From: an uncultured archaeon
GTDB taxonomy: Archaea; Asgardarchaeota; Thorarchaeia; Thorarchaeales; Thorarchaeaceae
Direction of reading: 5' to 3'
DNA length: 64,000 bases
Assembly: GCA_964558645.1 (NCBI GenBank)
Contig: CAZLEV010000010.1
Location: 68,623 to 132,622 of the forward strand
Part shown: positions 38,362 through 48,900 of the stretch, one piece after another
How the letters are laid out: the number at the start of each line of letters is the position of its first letter
Numbering within the stretch: position 1 is the first letter of the stretch
The notes under the pieces: generated by a model
The model's database searches: none
What the model saw: the letters and a program-made list of their open reading frames with translations, nothing else
What the model was told of the DNA's origin: nothing
Position numbers and translations under genes: made by a program

Positions 38362-39609
38362 ATGGAGAAGCCGCTGGACAAACTATTCGATAAGTTCCTT
38401 CAGGGACAGGCAATTTTCAGGAATCGGAACGCCCTGCGTCCTACATTCGTCCCTGACAATCTTCCTTTTAGAGACGAACAGATGAGCAGAATTGCGTCCA
38501 TTCTTGGGCCTGCGCTCAAGGGGGCACCACCCTCAAACATTCTCTGCTATGGCAAGACTGGCACTGGGAAGACGGTGGTGGCTAGGTATGTACTGAAGCT
38601 GCTTGTGCAGAAGGCCACTCAGAGCTCGGTGAGAGCTCCTTTCACAGCTTATGTGAACTGTCGAATTGTTGGGACCAACTACCGTGTGTTGAAACGATTG
38701 TGCGATCAGGTTGATGCCACAATGCCTGATGGGTCCGAGGTCCCGTTCACAGGACTCCCCACGGATGAGATACGGGACATACTCAAGAAAGAACTGGACA
38801 AGGATACCAATATCCTGACAGTTGTACTGGACGAGGTCGATAGCCTTCTGAAGAGAGATGTCAGCCAAGGCAATGATATCCTCTACGGTCTTACACGTAT
38901 GAATAGCGAACTGGAACGCAGTAGAATAAGCATAATTGGCATCAGCAACGACCTGAAGTTCAAGGAGATGCTTGACCCTAGGGTCCTGAGCACGCTCGGT
39001 GAAGAAGAAGTCATCTTTCCGCCCTATAATGCTGTCGAGCTGAAAGGAATCCTTGAACAGCGAGTCGCGATGGCTTTCTCTGAGAATGCAATATCTGATG
39101 AGGGAGTCATCAATCTTGTTGGAGCTCTAGCCGCACAGGAGCACGGCGATGCTCGTCGAGCCCTCGACTTGCTTCGTACTGCAGGAGAATTATCCGAGCG
39201 CCGTGGTGATGACACTGTTACTCAAGAACATGTACGAGAGGCGCAAAAGGTCCTCGAACGCGACAGTGTCACAGAAGCAATCAAAACACTTCCCATGCAG
39301 TCCAAGGCCGTCTTGTTTGCTGTCTACGCTCTTGCAAAGCAGGGTCAGAAAGATATCTTCACAGGGGAGTGTTTCAATGCCTACACAGAAGTAGCCAGAG
39401 CGCTGTCTCTTGATACTCTGACACAGAGGCGTGTATCTGATCTGATATCGGAGCTGGACATGCTCGGTCTAATCAACACTACAGTCATTTCAAAGGGGCG
39501 CTATGGTCGTACAAAGAAGATCCGACTTGCTGTTGGCAAGAGTCAGCTCGGCAATATTCTTGATAGCGACAATAGACTGAGCAAGATTGCGAAGGAAGTC
39601 TTGGATTGA
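38362..39609 (+). CDS. cdc6: Orc1/Cdc6 replication initiator
   Basis: GKTGTGKT, VLDEVD, FPPY, GDARRALD, C-terminal wHTH with GRYGRT. Confidence 0.96.
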   Translation: MEKPLDKLFDKFLQGQAIFRNRNALRPTFVPDNLPFRDEQMSRIASILGPALKGAPPSNILCYGKTGTGKTVVARYVLKLLVQKATQSSVRAPFTAYVNCRIVGTNYRVLKRLCDQVDATMPDGSEVPFTGLPTDEIRDILKKELDKDTNILTVVLDEVDSLLKRDVSQGNDILYGLTRMNSELERSRISIIGISNDLKFKEMLDPRVLSTLGEEEVIFPPYNAVELKGILEQRVAMAFSENAISDEGVINLVGALAAQEHGDARRALDLLRTAGELSERRGDDTVTQEHVREAQKVLERDSVTEAIKTLPMQSKAVLFAVYALAKQGQKDIFTGECFNAYTEVARALSLDTLTQRRVSDLISELDMLGLINTTVISKGRYGRTKKIRLAVGKSQLGNILDSDNRLSKIAKEVLD

Positions 39610-39635
39610 ATCAGAGCTGATCGGAGGCCGCACAA

Positions 39636-40262
39636 TTGCCCGATTGGGACTCTATCTTCAGAGCTAAGGGGCACGTTTTCATGAGCCCTCATTCGGACAT
39701 GATGGACTTGGTCGAACTCTTTGAGCAACACAATGTAAACAGGGTGCTGGATGTTGGTTGCGGTACTGGAAGACACATGGTCTATTTGGCAGAGCGAGGC
39801 TTCGATGCCTTTGGATTTGACTCCTCTCGTCATGCTGTCAATATGGCACGAACTTGGTTGAAAGCCAGTGGATTTCGCCCCCGGGTGAAGGTCCATAGGA
39901 TGGAGCGACCGTTCCCTTATGATGATGATTTCTTTGATGCTGTTATCTCCATCCAGGTCATACATCACAATCTGACAGGTGCCATCCGATTCACCGTGAA
40001 GGAGATAGCTCGAGTACTGAGAAGCGAAGGGCTACTCTTCGTCACCTTCCCCATACTTGGTCCAAAGCCAGAGAATGGCGGTTGGGAACTTGAAGAGATA
40101 GAATCAGGGACATACATTCCGCATAAAGGAATGGAAGCCGGGATACCCCACCACTACTTCACGATGAACGAGATTCCCGAGGTGTTCCATGAGTTCAAGA
40201 TCATGGAGCAGTACATAGATGATACGGGTCATAGATGCGTTCTAGCCAGAAGAGCTTCCTAA
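39636..40262 (+). CDS. Class I SAM-dependent methyltransferase
   Basis: VLDVGCGTGRH, FDAVIS. Confidence 0.85.
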   Translation: MPDWDSIFRAKGHVFMSPHSDMMDLVELFEQHNVNRVLDVGCGTGRHMVYLAERGFDAFGFDSSRHAVNMARTWLKASGFRPRVKVHRMERPFPYDDDFFDAVISIQVIHHNLTGAIRFTVKEIARVLRSEGLLFVTFPILGPKPENGGWELEEIESGTYIPHKGMEAGIPHHYFTMNEIPEVFHEFKIMEQYIDDTGHRCVLARRAS

Positions 40263-40271
40263 CAGTATGAA

Positions 40272-41453
40272 TCATAGTCCGAAGTATGGAAAGACCAATT
40301 CCTTGACCTTGTCAATGGATTCATCAACGGCGCGTGTTATGTTGGGTTCATGCTGACAGTCCATCCTCTGTGGTCTGTCTGTCCAACCCCCCCTCTTGAC
40401 CTCTAGTCCATGTTTCCGACAGAGCTCAATCCATTCAGCTGGTAGGGTGGGTGGAAGTGCAATATCTGCTATGTCTGCTAGTACCATTGTCCATATCTTT
40501 GCTGTCACCACAGGATTATAGCCTCCTCCACCGACACACACGAGATTTGCATTCCTGAGGTGAACGAGCTGTCGCACGGTCTTAGACAGCCGCTGATAAG
40601 TATCCATATTGAGCATAAGGTCGGCGAGCGGATCCTCCATGTGGGCATCTCCCCCTAGATCCCAGAACACAAGGTCGGGCGTGTAAGAGAGCCAGATTGG
40701 AATAACAACTTCTTCAAACGCCTTCCAGAACTCGATGTCGTCGGTCAAGGGTGGAAGGGGTATGTTGACCGAATATCCCTTTCCCTCCCCGACACCCAGA
40801 TCCTCTGGCCTACCGGTTCCGGGAAAGAAACCCATGCTCAGTTCATGCATTGAAATCGTCAGAACGTTCGGATCACTGTAGAATGCAGCCTGAGTACCAT
40901 CTCCGTGGTGTACATCGGTGTCCAAATACAAGACCTTCTTGTCCGGGTACGCTTCACGATACTTCTTCAGTGCTATCACGCAGTCGTTGTAATAACAGAA
41001 GCCTGCTGCCTTGCTCTCTGTTGCATGATGGAGACCACCATAAAATGACATGGCGTCCTCAAAATCACCCTTTGCTACTCCTATGACTGCGTCAATACTG
41101 GCCCCGACAGGATAGCTTGCGTATTTGTCCATTTGTGGAAAGACAGGGCACTCATCCGAATCGAGTCCGAAACGCGAAGCGAAGGCCGTTCCCATATTGC
41201 CAAAGAGTTCCATGGTTTCGATATAGGATGGGTCATGGTACATGCCCAGCTCATCTCGTGTTGCCAACCTCATGTCTTGGACTGAAACCCTAGGGTCCTT
41301 TGTGATTCCACACATGACAGGAAGACTCCAGGTGATTTCGAGTCTGGTCCTGTTCCAGAATGGATTTGGTGTGGGCCTCATTCTCTCAAGCTCATCTATG
41401 CCATAGAGCTCAAGCATTCTCTCCGGACTGTACAGTGCAGTAAGTTCAGACAT
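40272..41453 (-). CDS. Histone deacetylase / AcuC family protein
   Basis: GGLHHA, GFCYYND, DTDVHHGDG, GGGGY. Confidence 0.92.
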   Translation of the reverse strand: MSELTALYSPERMLELYGIDELERMRPTPNPFWNRTRLEITWSLPVMCGITKDPRVSVQDMRLATRDELGMYHDPSYIETMELFGNMGTAFASRFGLDSDECPVFPQMDKYASYPVGASIDAVIGVAKGDFEDAMSFYGGLHHATESKAAGFCYYNDCVIALKKYREAYPDKKVLYLDTDVHHGDGTQAAFYSDPNVLTISMHELSMGFFPGTGRPEDLGVGEGKGYSVNIPLPPLTDDIEFWKAFEEVVIPIWLSYTPDLVFWDLGGDAHMEDPLADLMLNMDTYQRLSKTVRQLVHLRNANLVCVGGGGYNPVVTAKIWTMVLADIADIALPPTLPAEWIELCRKHGLEVKRGGWTDRPQRMDCQHEPNITRAVDESIDKVKELVFPYFGL

Positions 41454-41589
41454 ATCACGCTCTCCATTCTAGGGTTTGTTTCATTCGAGAGATACCGCAC
41501 CATTCCGCGTCCACCTCATAAACAATTCCAATTGTGAATTTCAGGCGCTTCGAAAGCCTCATTATGAATCCCCTCGTCTATCGGTTATC

Positions 41590-42618
41590 ATGTCTAACTT
41601 CGAGCTCATCAAAGAAACCCTGATCGGCAATCTAGGGGAGAGAGTGCCCATATCCATTTGGAAGCACCATCCTGAGCTGGATCGAACTCCTGAAGGTCTG
41701 GCAGAAGAAGAGATTGCCTTCCATCGGAAGTATGATCATGACTTGCTGAAGATATCCTTCCATGGAAGATACCCTGTGGTTGACTGGGGCTGCGTTGCGA
41801 TATACGATGGTTCTCCGTCGGGGTCTACTACCTGTAAGAGTTGTGCGGTACAGAAGACCAGTGATTGGGAGACCCTTGAACCGCTTGATGTTAACGCGGG
41901 AGAGTTCGGTCGTCAGGTTCATGCAGTCAAGCTGATCCACGACTACGCTCAGGAGATTGTTCCTACCATGTCAACAGTCTTTGATCCTGCCATGGTTGCA
42001 GAGAAGCTTTGTGAGAAGGAGTTCATCCATTACATAGAGAACAGTCCGAAGATTATGAAGGACGTACTTGAGATGATTACCGATGTCATGGCAGATTTCG
42101 GTAGAGCCACACTTGATGCCGGGGCCAACGGCATATTCTTGGCATCCCAGCACTCTACCGAATCCGCCGTTACTGACAGCCAGTATGGTGAGTTTGTACT
42201 TCCCTATCAGAAGAAACTGCTCTCAAGGATTCGCGGAAAGGCAGACTTTGTCATTTTACACCTCCATGCTCGTGATGAGGGTGAACGAATTCGTTTCAAT
42301 CCCATATCCAGAATCCCTGGAACTATCGGCATAAACTGGGAAGACCAAACATCAGCAACCAGTTTGAAGGAGGGGAAAAAACTGACACGAAAAACAGTCC
42401 TTGGTGGAATACACCATAGAGGTTGGTTCAAGACAGGTACCGCAGACGAGGTCAAGGAGAATATCATTGAGACCCTGCAATCGGCAGGCCTTCGTCGTCT
42501 AATTGTTGCGCCCGGATGTGTTGTTGAAGTTGATACCCCAGAGGAGAACATGGAAGCAGTTGTTGACGCTGTCAAAGCAATCAATCCTTGGTCGAAAGAC
42601 TGGGAGGATTACACATGA
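41590..42618 (+). CDS. Uroporphyrinogen decarboxylase (URO-D/MtaA) family protein
   Basis: WKH.P, GANGIFLA, LGGI, IVAPGC; start re-assigned to MSNFE. Confidence 0.75.
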   Translation: MSNFELIKETLIGNLGERVPISIWKHHPELDRTPEGLAEEEIAFHRKYDHDLLKISFHGRYPVVDWGCVAIYDGSPSGSTTCKSCAVQKTSDWETLEPLDVNAGEFGRQVHAVKLIHDYAQEIVPTMSTVFDPAMVAEKLCEKEFIHYIENSPKIMKDVLEMITDVMADFGRATLDAGANGIFLASQHSTESAVTDSQYGEFVLPYQKKLLSRIRGKADFVILHLHARDEGERIRFNPISRIPGTIGINWEDQTSATSLKEGKKLTRKTVLGGIHHRGWFKTGTADEVKENIIETLQSAGLRRLIVAPGCVVEVDTPEENMEAVVDAVKAINPWSKDWEDYT

Positions 42619-44327
42619 AGAACAAGGCTATTGCCCAGATTCTGGCTGAAATCAGCATTCTCGTCGAGGTTGCTGAAGAGGAGCCGTATAAGGCAAGAGC
42701 TTACAGTAGAGCAGCACGCTCCATTCGCAATCTAGGGGAAGACATTGAGGCGATAGCAGCTCGAGGAGAACTTACAGAAATCCCCGGAGTTGGAAAAGGT
42801 ATTGCTAAGAAGATCGAATCCTACCTTGAAACAGGTTCCATCGACGAGCTCGACCGACTCCACAAAAAGGTCCCCATCAATGTCCGGGAACTAGAGGCAA
42901 TTCCGGGGGTGGGTCCCAAGACAATCAAATTACTCTACGATGAGCTCAAGGTTGTTGGTCTGGACTCGCTGGAGAATGCGGCCCGGGCTGGAGAGATATC
43001 TGGCTTGAAAGGTATGGGTGAGAAGACCGTGAGCCAGATTTTAGAGGGCATCGAACTTGTCCGTTCAGGGCTGAACAGAACCCTTCTGGCTGACGCCCTA
43101 GCAGCTGCAGAGCGGATGAGCACACATCTCACCTCTCATGCCAGAATCAGTCAACTCACAATAGCAGGATCCATTCGGAGGAGAAGAGAAACCATAGGCG
43201 ACGTCGACATCCTTGTTGATGCAGATGATTGGGAGTCTACGGTAGAGGCCTTCATCAGTCTGGATGATGTTGATGATGTAATTGTTCGTGGAACCACAAA
43301 GACATCTGTCCGCCTCAAGACAGGCCTGCAGATGGACCTTCGATTGCTTCCTTCGGAGAGCTACGGTGCCGGTCTCCAATACTTCACAGGAAGCGTTGAC
43401 CATAATGTCAAACTGAGGTCGATTGCCCGCAAGAAGGGACTGAAACTCAATGAATACGGCCTCTTCGAGGACGAAAAGCGCATTGCCGGGGAGATTGAGG
43501 AGGACATCTACAAGGAACTTGGCCTCGATTTCATCTTGCCCGAGCTTCGTGAGAATACAGGAGAAATTGAGGCTGCTCAATCAGGTCAACTCCCCGATAT
43601 CATCGATACTGATGATATACGTGGGGACCTTCATGGACATACGGATCAATCGGATGGTGTCAATACCATTGAGGAGATGCTCATTGCTGCAGGCACCTTG
43701 AACTACGAGTACTACTGTGTGTCAGATCATACCAAGAGCCTGACGATCGCGAATGGGATGGGCGAAGACGAGGTCATGATGCGCATCGAAGAGATTGATG
43801 CACTGAATGCGTCTGGTCATTGGAACATGCGCATCTTGAAAGGCGCTGAGGTTGATATTCTCGAGAATGGAGAGCTTGACTTGGACGATGAAGTTCTTGA
43901 AAAACTCGACATAGTCACGGCCTCGATTCATAGCAGGATGAAAGACAGCAAAGAGAAAATGACCGACAGAGTCTGTACAGCACTCGAAAACCCCAATGTC
44001 CACGTTCTTGGGCATCCCACAGGACGCCTCCTCCTCAAGAGACCCGAGTATGAGATCGACCTCGATGCTGTCTTCGAGGTTGCGAAAAGAAGCAATGTTA
44101 TCATGGAGCTCAATGCCCATCCCATGCGTCTTGACCTGAATGCTGGAAATCTGAGAAAGGCAACAAGCCTGGGTCTGAAGATCGTCATCAATACTGACGC
44201 TCATAGAACTGATGAGCTTCAAAACATGAGATATGGCGTCTTTCAGGCACGCCGCGGCTGGGTCACCAAGGATGATGTGGTCAATACCTATCCGCTAGAA
44301 GAGTTGATGAGTGTTCTACGGAAGTAG
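42615..44327 (+). CDS. polX: DNA polymerase X with PHP exonuclease domain
   Basis: HhH motifs, GSIRR..TIGDVD, YFTGS, PHP motifs DLHGHT, HPTGR, NTDAH. Confidence 0.95.
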   Translation: MKNKAIAQILAEISILVEVAEEEPYKARAYSRAARSIRNLGEDIEAIAARGELTEIPGVGKGIAKKIESYLETGSIDELDRLHKKVPINVRELEAIPGVGPKTIKLLYDELKVVGLDSLENAARAGEISGLKGMGEKTVSQILEGIELVRSGLNRTLLADALAAAERMSTHLTSHARISQLTIAGSIRRRRETIGDVDILVDADDWESTVEAFISLDDVDDVIVRGTTKTSVRLKTGLQMDLRLLPSESYGAGLQYFTGSVDHNVKLRSIARKKGLKLNEYGLFEDEKRIAGEIEEDIYKELGLDFILPELRENTGEIEAAQSGQLPDIIDTDDIRGDLHGHTDQSDGVNTIEEMLIAAGTLNYEYYCVSDHTKSLTIANGMGEDEVMMRIEEIDALNASGHWNMRILKGAEVDILENGELDLDDEVLEKLDIVTASIHSRMKDSKEKMTDRVCTALENPNVHVLGHPTGRLLLKRPEYEIDLDAVFEVAKRSNVIMELNAHPMRLDLNAGNLRKATSLGLKIVINTDAHRTDELQNMRYGVFQARRGWVTKDDVVNTYPLEELMSVLRK

Positions 44328-44466
44328 TGTTTCTCAACCATTCTAGTCGTTCATCCTTTCTTATCATCTCTCTTGGGCTAGTCACAAATTGTGACTTCAT
44401 TGCGTGACCCTCCATTGTGGCTTTCCATTATATACTGATTCTGAGTGGTATTCCTTGTGAAAAATC

Positions 44467-44571
44467 ATGGCTCTAACAATCAACAACCGAACTGACTCCG
44501 AGAAGAAGAACATCGCAAAGCCTCAGAGCACTCAGGCTCTGGCTTATGCATATCGCTACTCCCCAAGGTGA
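44467..44571 (+). CDS. Micro-peptide 1 (34 aa, STQALAYAY motif)
   Basis: Hand translation MALTINNRTDSEKKNIAKPQSTQALAYAYRYSPR; TTATATA box upstream; motif shared with the next ORF. Confidence 0.6.
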   Translation: MALTINNRTDSEKKNIAKPQSTQALAYAYRYSPR

Positions 44572-44577
44572 TAACCA

Positions 44578-44661
44578 ATGCGAATCGTAAGAAAGACCAA
44601 CGAAACATCCAAAGCTGACGTGTCAACTAAGGCGCTCGCCTACGCCTACTTTAGGAGATAG
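44578..44661 (+). CDS. Micro-peptide 2 (27 aa, STKALAYAY motif)
   Basis: MRIVRKTNETSKADVSTKALAYAYFRR; AGGTGA SD 6 nt upstream. Confidence 0.6.
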   Translation: MRIVRKTNETSKADVSTKALAYAYFRR

Positions 44662-44851
44662 AGCACATGTGGTCAGACATCACTGCTGACTCTTCTAGCT
44701 TATCGTCACCGTTTCGCAAGGACTGTGATGAATCCACGGAAGACACCAATCCTAGGTAGTCTTCCTCTCTTTCTATTTCGGGACCTCTCTCTTGGGTAGC
44801 ACTGGTCTTTTCTAAAAAAATTTCTCAGATCAGGCTGATCAAAATTGGAAG

Positions 44852-44965
44852 TGGTGCCGAGAGGGAGATTCGAACTCCCGAACTCCTGCGAGAACGGATG
44901 TCTCATCAGGCCTGAACCAACAGATCTTGAGTCCGTCGCCGTTGGCCGGGCTTGGCTATCTCGGC
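44852..44965 (-). tRNA. tRNA-Leu(CAA) with a 26-nt BHB intron at 37/38 (44900-44925)
   Basis: GCCGAGA/TCTCGGC acceptor stem, encoded CCA, long variable arm, GTTCGAAT T-loop, BHB CTCA/TGAG. Confidence 0.93.
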
Positions 44966-45113
44966 TGTAGTGCACACTGTTTCATGATTCACTTTTAGCC
45001 GTTTCCTTCATAACGCACTCGAAACAGAATGAGGTCCACGATAAAAAGAGGACGAGAATGTCGGCCGAACTGTTGCAGGCAGACGATGTTTTCCCGCCAG
45101 CTCGTTGGTATGG

Positions 45114-45419
45114 CTATTCTTCTGGTAACTCAATCAGATGGGGTTTGATTTCTTCATAGAAGTCGGTGAGTATCTTACTCTTTGATTCCTCGGGCTCAAG
45201 GATGAACAACCTGATTTGCTGCCCGACCCGAATCTCCTTTACCAGACCCATATCCACCAAGGGTTGTACCACTCTGTGAATGGTCGAATGTGCAAGGCCG
45301 GTCTCTTTGGCAATACGGCTGAGATTGAAGAACTCCTTGGGTTTATCCAAGAAGTGTTCGACAACCCTTGTCTGTGCTCGTGAGGCAAAGACTTTCTCGA
45401 GTAGTTTGTTCAATTCCAC
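45114..45419 (-). CDS. wHTH transcriptional regulator
   Basis: NLSRIAKETGLAHSTIHRVV..LV..GLV. Confidence 0.8.
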   Translation of the reverse strand: MELNKLLEKVFASRAQTRVVEHFLDKPKEFFNLSRIAKETGLAHSTIHRVVQPLVDMGLVKEIRVGQQIRLFILEPEESKSKILTDFYEEIKPHLIELPEE

Positions 45420-45427
45420 CAGTCCTC

Positions 45428-46144
45428 CTATTGCTCATCCATGTGATTATGATATACGACGGTGCCGAGGCTCTTGCCTTTGAATAGTAACGCCAAGTTA
45501 TCTGGCTCATTACCGTTGAAGATCACGGTCTTTATGCGTGACCTAGCCACCACCCGAATAGCTACCGGATCGAAGAGCTTGTACTCCCCAGCTCTTGTTC
45601 CACCAGAAGCTAGCACCTGCTCAAGTCGCTCTATCGAAACTCTCTCCAGCAACTTGGCACCCGGCTGTGAAGGATCTCTATCATAGACCCCATCGACGTT
45701 CGTTGCATTGAAGAACGCATCAGCTCTCAGCACTTCGGCAGCGAGAGCAGCCACAGCATTCGTTGACTGTCCTGGCGTAAGACCCCCCATCACGATGATC
45801 TTGTTCAGACAGAGTACGCTATCAAGTTCTTCAAGACTTTCCACCACCTTCGGATATGCGTAATCTCCCAGAGCGATTGCCAGTAACTCTGCGTTGTGAC
45901 GTGCCAGTCTCAGTCCAAACCAGTCACAGCGTGATTCGTCTGCTCCGAGAACCCTTGCAGCAGCGATGAACGCTCGGGCCGAGGCGCCTCCGCCCACCAC
46001 AATCACTAGCTGATGACCCTCCTCTGCCAGTGTGACAAGCCGATTTGCATATTCCTGTATCCTTTCTGTGAGTATAGTGCCATTCTTGCTGTAGAGTAAC
46101 GAACCTCCTAGTTTCAGAACTGCGCGCATGGGGACACCTCTCAC
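45428..46144 (-). CDS. pyrH: UMP kinase
   Basis: LKLGGS, VVGGG, PGQSTNAVAA, TNVDGVYDRDP. Confidence 0.93.
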   Translation of the reverse strand: MRGVPMRAVLKLGGSLLYSKNGTILTERIQEYANRLVTLAEEGHQLVIVVGGGASARAFIAAARVLGADESRCDWFGLRLARHNAELLAIALGDYAYPKVVESLEELDSVLCLNKIIVMGGLTPGQSTNAVAALAAEVLRADAFFNATNVDGVYDRDPSQPGAKLLERVSIERLEQVLASGGTRAGEYKLFDPVAIRVVARSRIKTVIFNGNEPDNLALLFKGKSLGTVVYHNHMDEQ

Positions 46145-46368
46145 ACAAGATGCGGGTGATGAGAAATCCCTCGGTCACCTAAAGAAGCTTTCTAGAATAG
46201 ACTGCCCTCTCGAAATATCGACGCCTACTTAGCGCGTTTTGCAAGTCGGGTTTTCTGATGTTAATCTCTCCTCTACCACTCAAAGACGTTATGGTCAAGA
46301 TGTCTTGTCCATAATGCTTTTAGGACAACTGCCTCTCTCGAGAGAGAAAGCGGAGTCACGTCGCCCCC

Positions 46369-48867
46369 TTGTTGACATCAAGGAGAATGGATGTTTTGCC
46401 ACAGAGGTTCAAGCCAAAAATCAAATCGAAGAGATGGAAACCTAAAGCCGAGGAAGAGCTACTGGCATCTTGGTCTGAAGAGGTGACCTATGAGTTCAAC
46501 CCCGATTCGGGAAAGATCATCTATTCTGTAGACACACCTCCACCATATCTGTCCGGCCACGTTCATGTTGGTCAACTCCTGCACTACACACAGATCGATA
46601 TCATTGCTAGATACCGTCGGATGCAGGGTCTAGAGGTGAACTTCCCTCTCGGTATCGATAGGAATGGATTGCCGGTGGAACTACGTGTCGAGAAAGAATT
46701 TGGCATGGATATGCATACTACTCCGCGAGGGGAGTTCGTGAGCAAATGCAGGGAGCAACTGGACCTCTACGAGGGTGAAGTACTTGAGAGCTTCAAGCGA
46801 CTTGGTATCGCATTCAATACCTACAAGGATGAGGGCAGCTATCGAACAGACAGCCCTGAATACCGGGCTGTGACTCAGGCAACTTTCATAGAGCTCTGGC
46901 ATAGAGGGCTCATCTACAGCGACTATCGCCCGAACAACTGGTGTTTTGAATGCAGAACCACAATTGCAGATGCCGAAGTAGAATATGAGGAGCGCCCGAC
47001 AACACTCAACTATCTCTATTTCGAAGTGGAGGGAATGGACCCTCTACCGATAGCAACAACGCGCCCCGAGCTGCTGTGTGCATGTGGCGCCGTATTCATC
47101 CATCCTGACGATGAACGCTACGAGGGCTATGACGGAAAGACCGCAAAGGTCCCTCTCTTCGAGCTAGAGGTTCCCATCATCCAGAGCCCCACGGCACAGA
47201 TGGATTTCGGCACGGGTGCTCTGATGGTGTGTAGCTATGGTGACATGGCTGATGTAATGGCCTTCCGGGATTATGCGCTGGAGCCGATTGCTGCCATCTC
47301 TCCTGAAGGTACTATGACCGAGGCTGCTGCGGAATACGAAGGTATGCCCGTGGAAGAAGCCAAGAAGGCAATTGTGCGCGAGTTGAAAGAGCAGGGCCTT
47401 CTCTACAAGCAAGAACAGACCCTTCAACGAGCGCCTCTCTGCTGGCGAAGCAAGACGCCTATAGAGTTCATCGCTATGGATGAGTATTATCTCAAACAAG
47501 TGGACTTTCTAGACGAACTCAGGCTAATTGCGAGGGAGACCCCCTTCTATCCCGATTTTCACAGACAGATTCTCATTGACTGGATTAACAGGGTCACCGT
47601 TGACTGGCCGATAAGCAGAAGGCGGTATTACGGGACAGAGATTCCAGTATGGTACTGCAACGCGTGTGACAAGCCAGTTGTACCCAATACTGGGGATATT
47701 CGGTATTATCAACCCTGGACAGAAGATCCCCCCTTCCAGAAGTGTCCCGCATGTGGTGCGGAGAAAGGATTTAGAGGCGAAGAGAGGACCTTTGATACGT
47801 GGATGGACTCGTCCATCAGCGGTCTTCAGATCATCGGATATCTGAGAGACGAAGAGCTCTTTGAGAAGGCTTTTGGGAATGTCATTCGCCCGCAAGGGAA
47901 AGAAATAGTTCGAACATGGCTCTACTACTCGCTACTCCGAACCTACCAACTCACGAAGAAACCTGCTTTCAAGGAAGTGTGGGTATCAGGGCATGTAGTG
48001 GACGAAAACGGGGAGAAGATGAGCAAGTCCAAGGGAAACTCACCACCACCTGCTCCCATCATCGACAAATACGGTGCCGACGCCATGCGGCTATTTGGAG
48101 TACTTGAGGCCGGCTTGGGAAGTGACATACGTTTCTCAGAGGATCGGATGGCGGGTGTTGCCAAGTTCATGACCAAGCTGTGGAATATCGCACGTTTCGT
48201 ATCGATGTTTCCAGACCCGAGTGACATGGAAACTGCCAAGCTGACGCCCGTTGACCGATGGATACTGAGTGAAACCGACAAGACAATCGAATCTATCCTT
48301 CCCGAATGTGAGTATCTTGATTTCCATAAACCCGCAATCGAGCTGAGAAGCTTCACATGGAACTTCTTTGCCGACCACATTCTTGAGATGCTTAAAGGTC
48401 GATGCTTCAATGGAGACAACGAATTCTCAGAAGATGAACAACGGTCCTCCTGGTATACTTTACATAGAGTATTGAACACCATACTCAGGGCTCTGGCGCC
48501 AATCACTCCGTTCATCACGGATAGAATCTACCGCGAGCTCTACAACCCTGAAGGGATCCATCGCGAGTTCTATCCCACTCCACAACCTCAGTGGTCATCG
48601 GAGCTTGGTGAACATACCAGGCTACTCCTCCAGACCAATGCTGGATTCTGGAAATTCAAACGGGAACAGGGAATATCCTTACGACAGGGTGTTCGCCATG
48701 CCTATGTTGCCGAAGAGCTTGAACCATGGAAATCAGATCTCTGTGCGATGCATGGGATCGAGAAACTTGATTTCGGCAAGCCTGATGATAGCGTCTTTGC
48801 CGAGGTAGAACTTCCCGAGTATGATGGGTCAATCTATGTCCTGCCGCCGAGTGACGAGACCGAATAG
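46369..48867 (+). CDS. valS: Valyl-tRNA synthetase (archaeal type)
   Basis: DTPPPY, HVGQ (HIGH variant), W.ISRRRYYG, DTWMDSS, KMSKS. Confidence 0.93.
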   Translation: MLTSRRMDVLPQRFKPKIKSKRWKPKAEEELLASWSEEVTYEFNPDSGKIIYSVDTPPPYLSGHVHVGQLLHYTQIDIIARYRRMQGLEVNFPLGIDRNGLPVELRVEKEFGMDMHTTPRGEFVSKCREQLDLYEGEVLESFKRLGIAFNTYKDEGSYRTDSPEYRAVTQATFIELWHRGLIYSDYRPNNWCFECRTTIADAEVEYEERPTTLNYLYFEVEGMDPLPIATTRPELLCACGAVFIHPDDERYEGYDGKTAKVPLFELEVPIIQSPTAQMDFGTGALMVCSYGDMADVMAFRDYALEPIAAISPEGTMTEAAAEYEGMPVEEAKKAIVRELKEQGLLYKQEQTLQRAPLCWRSKTPIEFIAMDEYYLKQVDFLDELRLIARETPFYPDFHRQILIDWINRVTVDWPISRRRYYGTEIPVWYCNACDKPVVPNTGDIRYYQPWTEDPPFQKCPACGAEKGFRGEERTFDTWMDSSISGLQIIGYLRDEELFEKAFGNVIRPQGKEIVRTWLYYSLLRTYQLTKKPAFKEVWVSGHVVDENGEKMSKSKGNSPPPAPIIDKYGADAMRLFGVLEAGLGSDIRFSEDRMAGVAKFMTKLWNIARFVSMFPDPSDMETAKLTPVDRWILSETDKTIESILPECEYLDFHKPAIELRSFTWNFFADHILEMLKGRCFNGDNEFSEDEQRSSWYTLHRVLNTILRALAPITPFITDRIYRELYNPEGIHREFYPTPQPQWSSELGEHTRLLLQTNAGFWKFKREQGISLRQGVRHAYVAEELEPWKSDLCAMHGIEKLDFGKPDDSVFAEVELPEYDGSIYVLPPSDETE

Positions 48868-48900
48868 ACAGGTTTCCTCCCCCGGAAGGACCACGGAAGT

